Assembly: GCA_964016885.1 (NCBI GenBank) | Contig: OZ024740.1 | Location: forward strand, 203,360,001-203,424,000 | Direction of reading: 5' to 3' | From: Eledone cirrhosa | Lineage: Eukaryota | Length of the DNA: 64,000 nt | In this document: positions 40,159 to 53,507 of the stretch, piece after piece | Position numbering within the stretch: position 1 is the first letter of the stretch | Layout: each line of letters opens with the position of its first letter | Made by a program: the position numbers and the translations under genes | The notes under the pieces: model-generated | The model's database searches: none | Told to the model about the DNA's origin: nothing | Seen by the model: the letters and a program-made list of their open reading frames with translations, nothing else

Positions 40159-40661
40159 GAGGTTATATTTAATGTGTTGGGATTCAACAAGCTTAAACAG
40201 TTAACATTTTTTTTAATTTTCTTTTCGAAAATTTTTTTTTTTATGTATCCTTGGAGTCATTTGAGCTCTTAAAAAATCACTTCTAACTTCCTTTATACTT
40301 CCTTACTGCTTTTATAATATAATTAAGTAGTTATTCCTTTGTAAACTCTCGTAAATTTTCATAAATTTAAAATTATTTGGATGTTTAAGTTTTGACTTAC
40401 AACTATTAATAAATATAATTTTGCCAAACTTACTTTAATAAAATAAACTATACTAGATTTTCTCCAATGTAAAATATTATATATTTATTTAAATAATTTA
40501 TAATCCATAACATACACATCTAAACCAATATATTATTACTAATATATCTTAATATAATATAAATACTTCTGTTTTAATTTTAATTTTTAATTATTTAATT
40601 TTTAATATTAATATTAAATTAAATCTTTAATATTAAGGCAAATTTTAATCTTTAATTTTGA

Positions 40662-40828
40662 TTTTTAATTTTTAATTTTTAATTTTTAATTTTTAATTTT
40701 TAATTTTTAATTTTTAATTTTTAATTTTTAATTTTTAATTTTTAATTTTTAATTTTTAATTTTTAATTTTTAATTTTTAATTTTTAATTTTTAATTTTTA
40801 ATTTTTAATTTTTAATTTTTAATTTTAA
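40662..40828. repeat. (TTTTTAA)n heptamer array
   Basis: Directly visible, >20 copies. Confidence 0.95.
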
Positions 40829-41260
40829 TCTAATTTTTCAACCTATCATTATAAATATTATAATCGCAACGTAATAAACCCTACATTCTAAATATTATTC
40901 TTCCACGTTAATCTTATTTCTTCTTTCACTTCTTCTTTCACTTAGATATATTTACGCTATGTATATTTTTCCATTAAAACTTATTTCTTCATTCACTCTG
41001 TCTAACTCCACTATTACTATGTATAATCGTTCTTTCTCCTTCCTTTTCTTTTTTCTCTCTCCCTTACATATCATCTTCTTCCAACAGTTTAATTTAAATA
41101 AATCGTTATCTTTTCAACTTTTCGGACACTCATTTGTATACTCACTCAAAACTTTGTATTACCCTCAATAAAATATTATCTCCACTATCCAGGAAGCTCC
41201 AACCGTTAAGGTTGTCTTTTTTCCGGATATGTCAATATTTATTTATAAAACAAATCTGTA

Positions 41261-41322
41261 TTTTATCTGATGAAAGCGCACCATAATTTGCCTTAGTTGC
41301 CCTTGAAATATATATAATAAAA
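41261..41322 (+). ncRNA. Type I hammerhead ribozyme
   Basis: TTTTAT-CTGATGA-AAGCGCA...TGCCCTT-GAAA-TATATATA-ATAAAA. Confidence 0.72.
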
Positions 41323-42155
41323 TAAATATGGTTTTATAAATATAGTTTCCATTTATTAATATATTGTATATATATATATAGTGAAGGTGCATAACTTAGT
41401 AGTTAGTGTTGAATTCACAATCAAGAGGCTGATTTAAATTCCCTGACTGGGCAATGTGTCGTCTCCTTGAACAAGACACTTTATTTCACATTACTCCAAC
41501 TCAGCTGTAGAAATGAATTGAGGTATCATTGGTGCCAGCTGGATCAGCCTTTGCCTTTCCCTTGGACATCGCTGGTGTGGAAGGGAGACTGGTATGTGCT
41601 TGGGCGACTGCTGATCTTCCACAAAAACACCTTGTCCAGGTTTGTGCCTTGCAGGGGATCTTTCTAGGTAAAAAAATCCATAATCATTCATGATTGAATG
41701 ATGGAAAGGCGTCTCTCCCTTCTTTGTCATTTGATGCATTTGAGATACTTTTCCACCTACATATGTGTAATTCACCTGAAGGCATAATTTGTCTCTACCT
41801 GTTTTGTTATGTCCCAATGTATACTGGGATGAGCAGTATTAACCTTAATGCACCGAAACCATAGTGATTTCCATTGGTTGACTGTCCATCTTTCCATTGT
41901 TTTTCTTTTTGTCTATGTCTTGTGAGCCCCTTATTTTGAATTCATATTCTAAAGACTTAGTCAGGTGGGCTTTTTTTTAAAAACTATTATATAATAGATA
42001 TCACACCGCCCAGTCTGTCCTCTTCTATTCTCCCTTCTTACCTTTTCTAAACCTCAGTGTCATTCTTCTTTGTCTTCTTCATTTCCAAAGGTTGACTGTC
42101 CATCTTTGAGTTGTTGTTTTTTTGTTTTTGTCCTATTTTGAATATATATATATAT

Positions 42156-42916
42156 GTAATAGTAGAACACGGAGTGGGGGGTATGTCCATAGTAGTACAG
42201 CACTCAGTCCATGGGACGACTTTGGTAGAAGTAGTTCCACAACAGTTAGTTCACTGTTTCTGAAAACAATTGTTTCACCTTATTCGGATCATCAGCTTAA
42301 TTTAAATGAGGTTGTACGGAAAAGGAAAAACAATTGTACGAATACGCATGTGCAGAAATAGTCACTTCCCAAAGGGGATGTAAAGCTACATTAGATTGGG
42401 CGAGGGAGACAACTTTGGATACTCAGAATAATAATAGATTATTCATGTTATTCAGCCCAGAATATTATAAATTGTTCATGTTAATCAGTCTGGAGCTTTG
42501 TAATTACGTAATAAATGTTTCCAGAAGTGTAGACAACGCAAAAAATTTCATTCCTTGAATTTAGATAAGCGTTATTACGCAATGTTCTCAGAATATTGAT
42601 TCTTTCTTCAATACACAGCTTACAAGATGGATTCCCATTTCCATATGGCTTAGACTTAGTAATACATTTTCATTGAATGGAGTAATCCATGCTTGTGTTC
42701 TTGAAGGACCATACGTGACTCACAATCTTCATGGACGATCGTTTGTCGGGGTATCTGAAGGTCGACAGATGATTCGGGAAGCGTTCTTTAAACCGGCACA
42801 TGCGTATTCGTACAATTGTTTTTCCTTTTCCGTACAACCTCATTTAAACTGAGCTGATGATCCAAATAAGGTGAAACAATTGTTCTCGGAAATGGTGAAC
42901 TAACTGTTGTGGAACT

Positions 42917-42921
<5 letters not shown>
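42156..42921 (-). mobile_element. Truncated PLE with inverted pLTRs (arms 42228-42355 and 42796-42921, tail ~42156-42227)
   Basis: Internal minus-strand remnant SHVWSFKNTSMDYSIQ*KCITKSKPYGNGNPSCKLCIEERINILRTLRNNAYLNSRNEIF is a GIY-YIG C-terminus. Hammerhead in both arms, TA flanks. Confidence 0.85.
42851..42887 (+). ncRNA. Minimal type I hammerhead (inverted copy at 42262-42298 minus)
   Basis: GAG-CTGATGA-TCC.AAATAA.GGT-GAAAC-AATT-GTT-CTC. Confidence 0.72.
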
Positions 42922-42989
<68 letters not shown>

Positions 42990-43027
42990 GAAAATCCGAA
43001 GGCAAGGTAAAATTTCCAATCATTTAA

Positions 43028-43101
43028 TCACGACACATGTTTCAATAAGAGATAGATCGATCGTGAAGCCATGATCAATTATCACTGATCTCATCAGGTG
43101 A
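43028..43101 (-). ncRNA. Type I hammerhead ribozyme (left arm)
   Basis: Reverse complement of 45375-45448. Confidence 0.68.
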
Positions 43102-45374
43102 AAATGAATTATCTTCAAATTCTTGATATGAGGGAGAAAATTAGCAATGTTCACTCACGGAGTATATTCCCTTATATGAAGATCAAGCAGTCAAAATGTG
43201 GCGACTACTATCAACTTCAGTTAACGTCATAAAACTATCAAATTTCTATATTCCAATAGCTGCAAAAGACGCTGGACATCAATCAAATCTCTAGAAATAC
43301 AGTCGGTCACAGTTAATGTGAGTGGGTACACACACACTCAACACCCACACACACCGACTCGAGGTCAAAGAAAAAAGAAAATATATATATATATATATAC
43401 ACACACAACACAGAATCAAATCTGTAGAACTATAGACGGTCACAATTAGTGTGAGTGGGTACACACACACCGAAGCTATGTCAAAGAAAAAACAACAAAT
43501 ATAATAAAGAATATACCAACATAGTATTCACTGAAATTTAGTTTACAAAACAACAAATGCTACATTGGTTAAATCTCAATTTGACGATGCAAATTGGAAA
43601 TATTGGGTCAACCACAGCCCCATACACACACATACACACACAAGCAAGTAAGTTAAGTTCAATGTTCTGCTATACGTGTATAGATTGAATTGTAACATCT
43701 GTATCTCCAAATAGTGTATGTTATGGTATATACACATCCGTATCGTCCAAAAAAGTGTATGTCTAGGTATATACACATCCATGTGAAGAGCAAGTAGTCA
43801 GCTCACATCAAACTCAGTATGTACCGCTGTCCCATTGAGAATCTGAGTCCCCAAATCTGTGCGTGCAAGCAACCGCTATGTAGGCCACCAAGGGGCTCTG
43901 TGTAGGGTTGGGTATTTGGGTTAAGGTGTCAGTATGTGCGATTTCCCGTCATATGGGCCCTTGGGCTTTTAAGATAGGTGTTTGAGTGGTGGAGGTGTGT
44001 TATCCAACACAAAAAGTAAAATAAAATAACAAAGGATAGCAAAACCTAGAGGATGTGTGTAGGCCCATTAATGGTGTGTAAGTATTATTGTCCAATCTGT
44101 AACCGTGAGCACTCCATGGTTAGATGATCAAGACCTAGTGTAGTGTTCAATCGATAGGAACGTGACCAGTCATAACAGTGGGAACTCAGTGTCTAAAGAA
44201 AACGGGTACTGTGTGTAGAGTCATGTATAGAGAGCGTAAATGGTCTTAACTGAGTGTGCAATACATCTAGTTAAGACCGTTTACGCTCTCTATACATAAC
44301 TCTACACACAGTACCCGGTTTCTTTAGACATTGAGTTCCCACAGTTATGACTGGTCACGTTCCTACCGATTGAACACTACACTAGGTTTTGATCATCTAA
44401 CCATGGAGTGCTCACAGTTATGGATTGAACAATAATACTTACACACCATTAATGGGCCTACACACATCCTCTAGGCTTTGCTATCCTTTGTTATTTTACT
44501 TTACTTTTTGTGTTGGATAACACACCTCCACCACTCAAACACCTATCTTAAAAGCCCAAGGGCCCATATGACGGGAAATCGCACTTACTGACACCTTAAC
44601 CCAAATACCCAACCCTACACGGAGCCCCTTGGTGGCCTACATAGCGGTTGCTTGCACGCACAAATTTGGGGACTTGGATTCTCAATGGGACAGCGGTACA
44701 TACTGAGTTTGATATGAGCTGACTACTTGCTCTTCACGTGGATGTGTATATACCTAAACATACACTTTTTTGGAGATACAGATGTCACAATTCAATCTAT
44801 ACACGTATAGCAGAACATTGAACTTAACTTACTTGCTTGTGTGTGTATGTGTGTGTATGGGGCTGTGGTTGACCCAATATTTCCAATTTGCATCGTCAAA
44901 TTGAGATTTAACCAATGTAGCATTTGTTGTTTTGTAAACTAAATTTCAGTGAATACTATGTTGGTATATTCTTTATTATATTTGTTGTTTTTTCTTTGAC
45001 ATAGCTTCGGTGTGTGTGTACCCACTCACACTAATTGTGACCGTCTATAGTTCTTCAGATTTGATTCTGTGTTGTGTGTGTATATATATATATATTTTCT
45101 TTTTTCTTTGACCTCGAGTCGGTGTGTGTGGGTGTTGAGTGTGTGTGTACCCACTCACATTAACTGTGACCGACTGTATTTCTAGAGATTTGATTGATGT
45201 CCAGCGTCTTTTGCAGCTATTGGAATATAGAAATTTGATAGTTTTATGACCTTAACTGAAGTTGATAGTAGTCGCCGCATTTTGACTGCTTGATCTTCAT
45301 ATGAGGGAATATACTCTGTGAGTGAACATTGCTAATTTTCTCCCTCATATCAAGAATTTGAAGACAATTCATTT

Positions 45375-45448
45375 TCACCTGATGAGATCAGTGATAATTG
45401 ATCATGGCTTCACGATCGATCTATCTCTTATTGAAACATGTGTCGTGA
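45375..45448 (+). ncRNA. Type I hammerhead ribozyme with extended, irregular stem II
   Basis: TCAC-CTGATGA-(47 nt)-GAAAC-ATGT-GTC-GTGA. Confidence 0.68.
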
Positions 45449-45647
45449 TTAAATGATTGGAAATTTTACCTTGCCTTCGGATTTTCATTTTGATACTAAT
45501 ACTCCGTTTTACATCATCTAGCTGTTCCCTTGAATGGAATTGGAGATATACTAAAGCGTGGAGAACTTAATATTGCTAACAAAAATTTATTGGACCGTTT
45601 TGCACAACCAATAATACACCTTACTATATATACATATATATATATAC

Positions 45648-45706
<59 letters not shown>

Positions 45707-46399
45707 ATATATATGCTTGCATGGGTTAGGTGGGTCGTCCACGTTATAAGACAAATCTGGCCAGTTGGTTGTGCTGTAACTTGCTCAAATGGAACAGTAT
45801 TTTAGCAGGGATTTTTACAACTGGATGCCCTTCCTAATATTAACCACATTTATAGTGTGGAACTGGGTGGGACTATGTGTTGGCTGGGTTTTTTTATGGC
45901 TGCTGGATGACCTTCCTAACACAAACCACGTTTATAGTGTGGAGCTGGGTGGCACTGTTATGAGGAGAGTCTGACCAGTTGGCTGCACCAAGCCTTGTTC
46001 ATAGTGGGGCTGTGTATATATTTATATATATAAATATATACAATACTCAAAATAAAAACTGATACAGGGTGGAAAGGACTCTTAAATCTGGTGAGACAAC
46101 CTCTCAAGTGCTGGTGGCATGAACAATGCACCCAGTCCATGCTGTAAAGGGGTTAGTGATAAGAAGGGCATCCAGCCCATAAAGCCCAACCAAAATTATG
46201 AAAAGTACGACCATTATGATTTTCACTAATAGCAAACATAGGGCTAATACTAGTCATGTTAGCGCTGCAAACAGTAGTGGTGTGGCTGAAGTAGCCATGT
46301 GCGAGATCCCCTCGACCATCATCAAGTATTCGCACAGCCATTTTCCCTTTCAGGTACATAGAAACTCTACCCAAGCAAGTAATAACGACTGTCAAAGTA

Positions 46400-46905
46400 C
46401 AAATCTCAGGACCTCCACCCTCAATGTTGGCACCCTGAAAGGTAAATCAGGTGAAATTGTGGAACTGTTAGAGAGAAGTGCAGTAGATATATGCTGTGTA
46501 CAAGAAGTGAGATGGAGGGGTGCCTCAGTGAGACTAATCATGGGCAAGCAATTTAGATATAAACTCTACTGGATAGGAAATGACAATGGGGTAGGACGTG
46601 TAGGCGTACTACTGGTCGAGAAATGGATAGATAAGGTGACAGAGGTAGTTAAAGTAACAGATTCACCAAGCTTAGATTAACTGTAGGAAATAGACTTGTG
46701 ATATCTACCTATGCTCCACAAGCTGCACTGGGTAAAGAACAAAAAGACAGGGTCTATGAGGAACTTTTACAGACAACTTCAGGTATTGACAAAAGACACC
46801 TCATCATCCTAGCAGGTGACTTCAATGGACATGAGGAGCAGTACCAGGATGGATTCAGTGGAGTTCATGACAGCTATGGTTACGGCTCAAGGAATGAAGA
46901 TGCTA
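46400..46905 (+). mobile_element. RTE-clade LINE AP-endonuclease fragment
   Basis: TLNVGTLKGK, DICCVQEVRW, ISTYAPQ and ILAGDFNGH motifs, frameshifted. Confidence 0.9.
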
Positions 46906-46925
46906 ACATGCTAACCATCCACTCA

Positions 46926-46958
<33 letters not shown>

Positions 46959-47552
46959 CATAGCACTCTCTTCTATATTCGAAAATAAAAGACCAGAACT
47001 AAATATATTTTAACATATGTTAATATTTTAACACCTTAACATGCTAACTATACACACACACACACACATACACACATAACACCCTTCTCCATTTCTACTA
47101 ATGGAATCATTTTCCTACACACACACACACATCCGCACACAAATAAAAAATATATTTCTATTTTCTACCCTGCCTTCACCAACACCACCACTACCACTAT
47201 CCACACAAACATTCAATTTATTTCAATAGAAAGTCTGAATTTTTACACCTCAGCTCATCAGCCGTACTCACTGAACCAGAACGACCCCCCCCCCCCTCCC
47301 ATTTCTTGACCATTATCTTTTGTTCGGTACAAAACTCTCTATAACAAATCATGTGATTGTGAAAATGCCAATAAAGAATCCCCAAACACAAACTGGTGCG
47401 AAATTTATTATACTTATTCACGTGACAGTCATCAACCAACCAAATTATTTTTTTTAAAACCCAGCAATTCGAGCCACTTTTTTCCACATAAAACCAAAAT
47501 AACATTTGAACACCTACCAGATGCGAGAAAAAGCACAAACCCTCCAACTCAA

Positions 47553-47596
47553 TTCTACTTTTGAAAAGCATAGGAACTGTGAAACCGGTAATGGAA
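47553..47596 (+). ncRNA. Hammerhead-like motif with U3-A8 core, diverged copy of the 57159 family
   Basis: TTGAAAA-GCA..TGT-GAAAC-CG-GTA. Flanks are homologous to 57125-57270, and (TA)n follows at ~47708. Confidence 0.5.
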
Positions 47597-48215
47597 ACAA
47601 ATAAATATTCTTAAAAAGGCTCCAGATGCATTTTCGATTTCTTTTCCTTATACTTTTACCCATGTAGAACATCTCATTTTTTTTATTAAAAAAACCCTAA
47701 TTTTCTTATATATATCTATCTATATATAAAACTGTAGTTGTCTCTGTGTGTCCTCATTTTTGCAAAGTCTATACAAATCCACATTTCTACTCTGATTGAC
47801 TTCAGACTTGCATTTATATATTCCTTACGGTCTAAAGATACTAACTGCAGTTTTTATTTTTCAATTTTCTATTGTCAAAGGGGTGTTAGGCGCCGGTTAT
47901 CGATCTCCGTTGAGCCCTTATAATATCTGTCTGTATGTCTGGCTGTCTGCATAACGACATTCTGACGAACACGTCATTGCTAACGCATTATCTTCGCTAC
48001 ATTCACACACACACATATATATATACATATAGACTTATATGTACATATATATATATATATATATACATACATATACAAACATATATACACACATATATAT
48101 ATATACACATATACATATATATATAAATATACACATAAAAATATATGTATATATACACACACATATATATATGCATACATACACACACGTATATATATAT
48201 ATATATATATGTATC

Positions 48216-48308
<93 letters not shown>

Positions 48309-48402
48309 ACATTGTAGGTCGCTTTAACCTGTCTTTTATTATTCAAAAAACTTCTTGCCAATAAACGTTAACCCTTTGTGCGCCATTCATCTAACTGTAG
48401 AC

Positions 48403-48475
48403 CACAGGTTCTCAACCCATTTAGGCCAAACGCCCCCTTTTGTCCCTTGAAATCACGTAACACGCCCGGATCGGG
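48403..48475 (+). mobile_element. Buster-type hAT terminal inverted repeat
   Basis: CACAGGTTCTCAACCCATTTAGGCCAAACG... is the reverse complement of 24375-24439. Confidence 0.75.
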
Positions 48476-48887
48476 TGCAAATCTACACCAGGCCTATGCG
48501 AGAAATTCGCAAGGGACTGCACCGACAGGGATAGAGAGAAAGAGTAACTTAGTGGAAAGAGTGCGAATGAACTGTTGAGGTAAGTAGCCTACGCCTTACT
48601 GCTATGGCACTGGAACCTTCTGCCAACTGAACCTGTGACTTTCTCTTTCACATTTACTCCAATAGGCCAAAACAGAGGAGTATGAACAGAAGGGGCTCAA
48701 CAATATTTCTATGAACAATGCACGTAGACAGCTAAACTGTACTTTCAACTTCTTAATTTTCTACAAATAAAACAAGTTTCCTGTCGGTATATTTTCGTGA
48801 GTTTTAACAGGCACTCACAAATAAACGTTTCTCATTGGAGGTGCTATTACCAATGTTCTTACCCGTGCAACGCCGGGATACACTGCT

Positions 48888-48990
<103 letters not shown>

Positions 48991-48993
48991 CAC

Positions 48994-49025
<32 letters not shown>

Positions 49026-49092
49026 CATCATACACGATAATAATAATAATGAACCACATCCGAGATAATTTGGGATTGAAATGAAAGGGTCT

Positions 49093-49315
49093 TTAACCCT
49101 TTAGCATTTACATTACTCTATATTTACTATTATATGTTCACAGTAAACTCTTTATCTCACATAATTATCTCACATAATATTGAATCTATGAGATTTTGAT
49201 ATTATTTATTTTGAGAACAATACCTTAACATAAGTATGAGTGGTTTGTTACAGCTGGTTTGAACAGAAAGAGGTGACAGAATTCTGGCCGGATATGGCCA
49301 GTTTAAATGCTAATG
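49093..49315. mobile_element. Possible piggyBac-type (TTAA) MITE
   Basis: TTAA-CCCTTTAGCATTTA ... TAAATGCTAA imperfect TIRs. Confidence 0.4.
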
Positions 49316-49483
49316 ATAGCATGGCCAAAAAAACGGCATGGGGGAGGAGGAAACAAAAACCGCATGGTGAAGAGAGAAGGAAATGTTTCTAGATAGAGAG
49401 AGCAAGATGAGACAGACAACTAAATGTTACTAGATCTAAAGGAACATAGTGAAAAAGAAATGAAAAATGAAAAATGAGAGAGA

Positions 49484-50580
49484 TGATGATGCTACGTTGG
49501 GCGGGCCCGTACAGACTGTCTGCCATGACCTACAATCGGTGGTTCCTGCCGTAGCAGGAATCGGCCTCCAGGTCAACTCGGCCAAGTCGGAGGTAGTGAA
49601 TGTCAGCCACGATGCTGAGAGCTTTGCAGCCTCCGTCTCGGATGTGCGGTCCATTCTCCACCAGTACAGGTGACCGCCCTGGAGGATGTCCTCATCCTCG
49701 TGTCACCGATCCACCTGCCGGCCATCCGCTCCACCATCAGGCCCAGGCTTCAACAACTGCAGACTCTCACGAGCCGACTGGGTTTGATCGACGGCCACCC
49801 AGCTCTCTTTCTGTTGAGGAACTGCTTCGCCATGCCGAAGCACCTCTATACCCTTCACAGTGCTCTGTGCTACACCCACGCAACCTCTCCTCGCTGACCT
49901 CGATACTTGTATCCGAGCAGCAGCCGAGGAGATATGCAACGTCATGTTTGACGACATTTAATGACAACAGGCCACTTTACCGGTCAGGTGTGGCGGCCTT
50001 GGCCTCCGGTCCCCGATCTCACTGGCTTCGACGGCGTTTCTTTCGTTGGTAACCTCATGTCGCGTCCTCGTCAGCAGGGTTCTCCAAAACACAATAGAAC
50101 CCTCTTTGTTCAGAGAACGCGAGGCCGCCTGTGAGATGTGGGACCGGCTGGGACTTAGCCCAGTAGACGTTCCTCCTCCTTCTCCCCCTGCTGACGTCAA
50201 GTCCCCCCAATGCACTTGGGATGCCATCCAATGCAGCCTGGCCTCAGACAAGCTCATGCGCCAGCTCGACCAGCACCGCTTTGCCTGTTTTCGTGCGGCC
50301 TCCAAACCCCACAGTGGTGCCTGGCTCCATGCCTTGCCCTCCTTCTCCACTGGCACGCAGCTAGACATCAATAGCTGCGGATCCACCGTGGACTCTTTCA
50401 GCCTCCACCCGCTTTGCAGTGGAGACTTCTGGTGTCCTTGGCCCTAGGGCTACCTGCCTACTCACCACCATAGGCGCTGAGCTGGCCAGGTGTGAGCCCC
50501 GCGAGTTGGATTGTTTTTTCCAGCGCGTCTCCCTTGCCATCCTCCGGGGAAACGCCTTCTCCATTCTGTCCGCCGGGGCT
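49484..50580 (+). mobile_element. CRE-clade (RLE) non-LTR retrotransposon remnant
   Basis: DDATLGGP..V..DL, GLQVNSAKSEV, LLRNCFAMPK, QATLPVRCGGLG, SGAWLHALP, VETSGVLGP and FFQRVSLAILRGNA, frameshifted, in a GC-rich island. Confidence 0.85.
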
Positions 50581-51411
50581 GTGTGTGTGTGTGGGGGGGG
50601 GGGTCCCCATCACGTATCATTCCACTGAATCAAGATCTTACGTCTGGATTTAGAAATAGATATAGCATGGAGTTGTCCTTTGTTTTCCTTTTTTTCCCTG
50701 ATTCTATTCGTCTCTTTACATTTACTAATTTTTATTTACTACTACTACCACCATCACTAATACCACCACCACCACCACTACTACTACTACACTACTACCA
50801 CTACTGAGTACAGTGTGTGTGTGTGTAAATATGTGTATACTTATCAAAATAATGTTTGAAATAACTTTTTTGAAAGGCTATTTCAAGCATTCTTTTAAAG
50901 ACGTTCTTTTTATAGGGTTTTTTTTTTTAAATGTGTGTTTTTAAAGGTATTTTGAGGGTGTGTTTTTCTGAAACGTTCTTTTAAATGTTTTTCCATTTAA
51001 AAAAAATTATTTCTAAGTATTCGCTGCACATTCATTATATACTGTGATTGTCGCATATAATACAGTTGCGGATGTGTTTGTGATCTCTGTGGGTGTATAA
51101 GTGCCCATATGTATCACACCTGCGCGAAACATGGACATGGGCGCCTACAGGTTGTGAAGGCTGCGACAGAGCGCGAGCGGTTCAATCATACAACCCCTTA
51201 CCTCCCACAGTAGTAATTCCGATTTAAAAAACAAATTTGATTGACAGGTGGCAAATGAAAGGAACCAAATATACGACGGCCATGAGTGGCCAAAAATACT
51301 GATGACGTGTACAATTCTTGACCACTCATCGAATGACAACAGGATCTAAGATGCCGAGTGAAGGCCGTGGGTGTAACTGGACATTTAGAAACCCTGCTTC
51401 GTAGAATCAAG

Positions 51412-51504
51412 GCGTATCTGAGGACGTTGCGATTTCAGAGTCAGGTTCGATCATTACATCGATCGTGCCTCGAGCTGGTCGCCAGAGAAACGATTGTAAT
51501 ATGT
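51412..51504 (+). ncRNA. Type I hammerhead ribozyme with ~62-nt stem II
   Basis: GCGTAT-CTGAGGA-[GCGA/TCGC, CGATC/GATCG]-GAAAC-GATT-GTA-ATATGT. AATAAA follows, with (TA)n ~48 nt downstream. Confidence 0.68.
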
Positions 51505-51548
51505 CTAATAAATTTTATTCGTCGCAACACTGATTCTCCGTTTCTTAT

Positions 51549-51613
<65 letters not shown>

Positions 51614-51666
51614 CAGGAAAGAAGAGTGACACGGTTTGCTATACAAAAAAGGTTTTTAATCTCATT

Positions 51667-51772
51667 GCTGACAATTGTTTCTCTGAACTGGTAGGTCTAG
51701 AGATCGCTATCCGCTTATTTTCACGTTACTCGATCGCCAATACAAAGTTATAACCAGTCAGTTCATCAGAGC
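51667..51772 (-). ncRNA. Type I hammerhead ribozyme with ~81-nt stem II
   Basis: Minus strand: GCT-CTGATGA-ACTGACTGGT...GCGATCG..GCGATC...ACCAGTTCAGA-GAAAC-AATT-GTC-AGC. (TA)n ~55 nt downstream. Confidence 0.72.
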
Positions 51773-52264
51773 TTGCGAGAATGAAAAGAATATACAGGCT
51801 ACTATATGTAGTAGTAATGGCATTCAGTCAGAACAATAACAACAATATCAACAATGCTAGCAATAAATTATTTGAGATAATCACAACATCAATCTAGGTG
51901 TGAAGTATAGTATATCTACGATTTTGGCGTGTAAAACTAACTGACATGAGGCAGTTGTATAAAATTGACATGTAAAAACTGTCGTAGAGTGTATGATATC
52001 TAGTGTAAAGATAAGCTGGTGTCTTTAAACAATGTAGGTCGGGTGGCCGTAAGAGTCGGTTATTATCTGACAGATGAAGGATTTATCATTGTAGTGAAAT
52101 TTGTGTGGTCTATATTAGATGAGAGGGTTGTCTAACTTTCTTATCATCAATAACATACATGTATAAGACAACACCAACAAAGTAGCAAAATAATGGGCAA
52201 GTTAATACAGAGGTTAAGGAGGCATATATACATATACACACAAACATATATATATATATATATA

Positions 52265-52742
52265 TGGAAAGTTATATTTAAAATGTTGGGTTAACAACGA
52301 GTAAATATTTATAACTGATATAAAAGCACTCAACAAGTATTTGGAGTATATTTATGATATTAAATAAATGGAAACTATATTTATAAAACCATATTTATTT
52401 CATTATATATATTTCAGGGATATCATATTAACAATATGTTTTCGTGTGAATTGGGAGTTTGTTTATAATTATGATATAAACATATGAATTTTTAAAAACT
52501 AGACATAAGATCATTACTTTTCACACATTATAGTTACATGTCTCATTCATGAATACTGATATTTACATTATAATGCCTGTTTTATATTCTCTACATGATA
52601 AAACATAACGTTTTTTAAGTTCTGCCTCGTTTATGTCTGGTTATTTTTCATTTTCTCTTTTTCATTTTCTCTTTTTTCTCTCTATATAACGTCTATTTTC
52701 TCTCCTAACTACATACATCTCTCTTTACAGTAATACTAGAGC

Positions 52743-52773
<31 letters not shown>

Positions 52774-53169
52774 ATGTATCAATTGATACTCAACTACCTA
52801 GTTTCTCTATCTATCTCTCTCTTTTTTCCTCTCTCTATATATCTCTCTCTGTTTCTTTACATGAAGTTCTTCTCTTTATCTATCTTTCTATATCTCTCTA
52901 TTTAGTCACATGCATTGCTTCTCTTTCTTCGTTTTTCTTCCTTTCTTTCTTTCTCTCTTTCTTTTTACAACTGTCCACAATATTTTTTACTGCCAAATCA
53001 ACCTCCCAAATGCAAGTCGATTGAAAGGTATGTCGTATCTATTTATTTATAAGACTGTTTATATTGTATTTTGTCTGAAGAAGGCATAACATATTGTTAA
53101 TATGATATCCCTGAAATATATATAATGAAATAAATATGGTTTTATAAATATAGTTTCCATTTATTTAAT

Positions 53170-53175
<6 letters not shown>
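52265..53175 (+). mobile_element. PLE-type fragment with short inverted arms (~52350-52438 / 53090-53175) and tail 52265-52350
   Basis: Inverted repeat, hammerhead at 53069-53130 (TTTTGT-CTGAAGA...GAAA-TATATATA-ATGAAA), and TA flanks. Confidence 0.72.
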
Positions 53176-53225
<50 letters not shown>

Positions 53226-53507
53226 TACACATACATACATACTTATAAAGAGAAAACATGCTGACTATAATTATAGCAGGAGGAAGGTAAAGTTCTGTTG
53301 TAGTAGTATTTTGAAATGTTCTTGGATTTAGGATCAAGTGCTGACAGCAGCTGAGAAGAGATATGTTTATGGGTTGATGAGGTATTTACAGACATTAGTG
53401 TGGTGTAGAACTAAGAAGGCTAGAATGTACTTAATGATTATATTTCCGTGGTGGTTCGTGCAGAGTAGTAGGTATTCTAGTTGAAAGCTATGTTACGTGG
53501 GTTCGAT

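Larger units (their letters stand above)
40156..41368 (+). mobile_element. PLE-type 3' fragment between (TA)n tracts, same family as 52265-53175
   Basis: Shares the hammerhead and downstream AAATATGGTTTTATAAATATAGTTTCCATTTATT with 53069-53170. Left end resembles the 52265 tail. Confidence 0.7.
42986..45625. mobile_element. 2.6-kb fold-back element (arms 42986-44251 and 44269-45490, 17-nt loop, tail 45491-45625)
   Basis: Arms are reverse complements with scattered substitutions and one ~40-bp indel. Hammerhead at each outer end, (TA)n flanks, no recognisable ORF. Confidence 0.9.

Noticed and set aside
42660-42690. In-frame TGA in the PLE remnant as selenocysteine recoding
   Set aside because: It aligns to a conserved Trp (TGG>TGA) in a decayed fragment, and no SECIS is evident.
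25563-45625. Long inverted repeats as assembly fold-back artefacts
   Set aside because: Arms carry substitutions, indels, arm-specific SINE and PLE insertions and one-sided tails. Only the perfect 56975-57272 palindrome remains open to this doubt.
24375-48475. Two Buster TIRs as the ends of one 24-kb composite transposon
   Set aside because: They face away from each other (a right end at 24439, a left end at 48403), so they belong to separate copies.
48815-48870. Minus-strand CATTGG/CCAATG-A-GAAAC-GTT hammerhead-like hairpin
   Set aside because: No CUGANGA box or stem I. At best a truncated relic.
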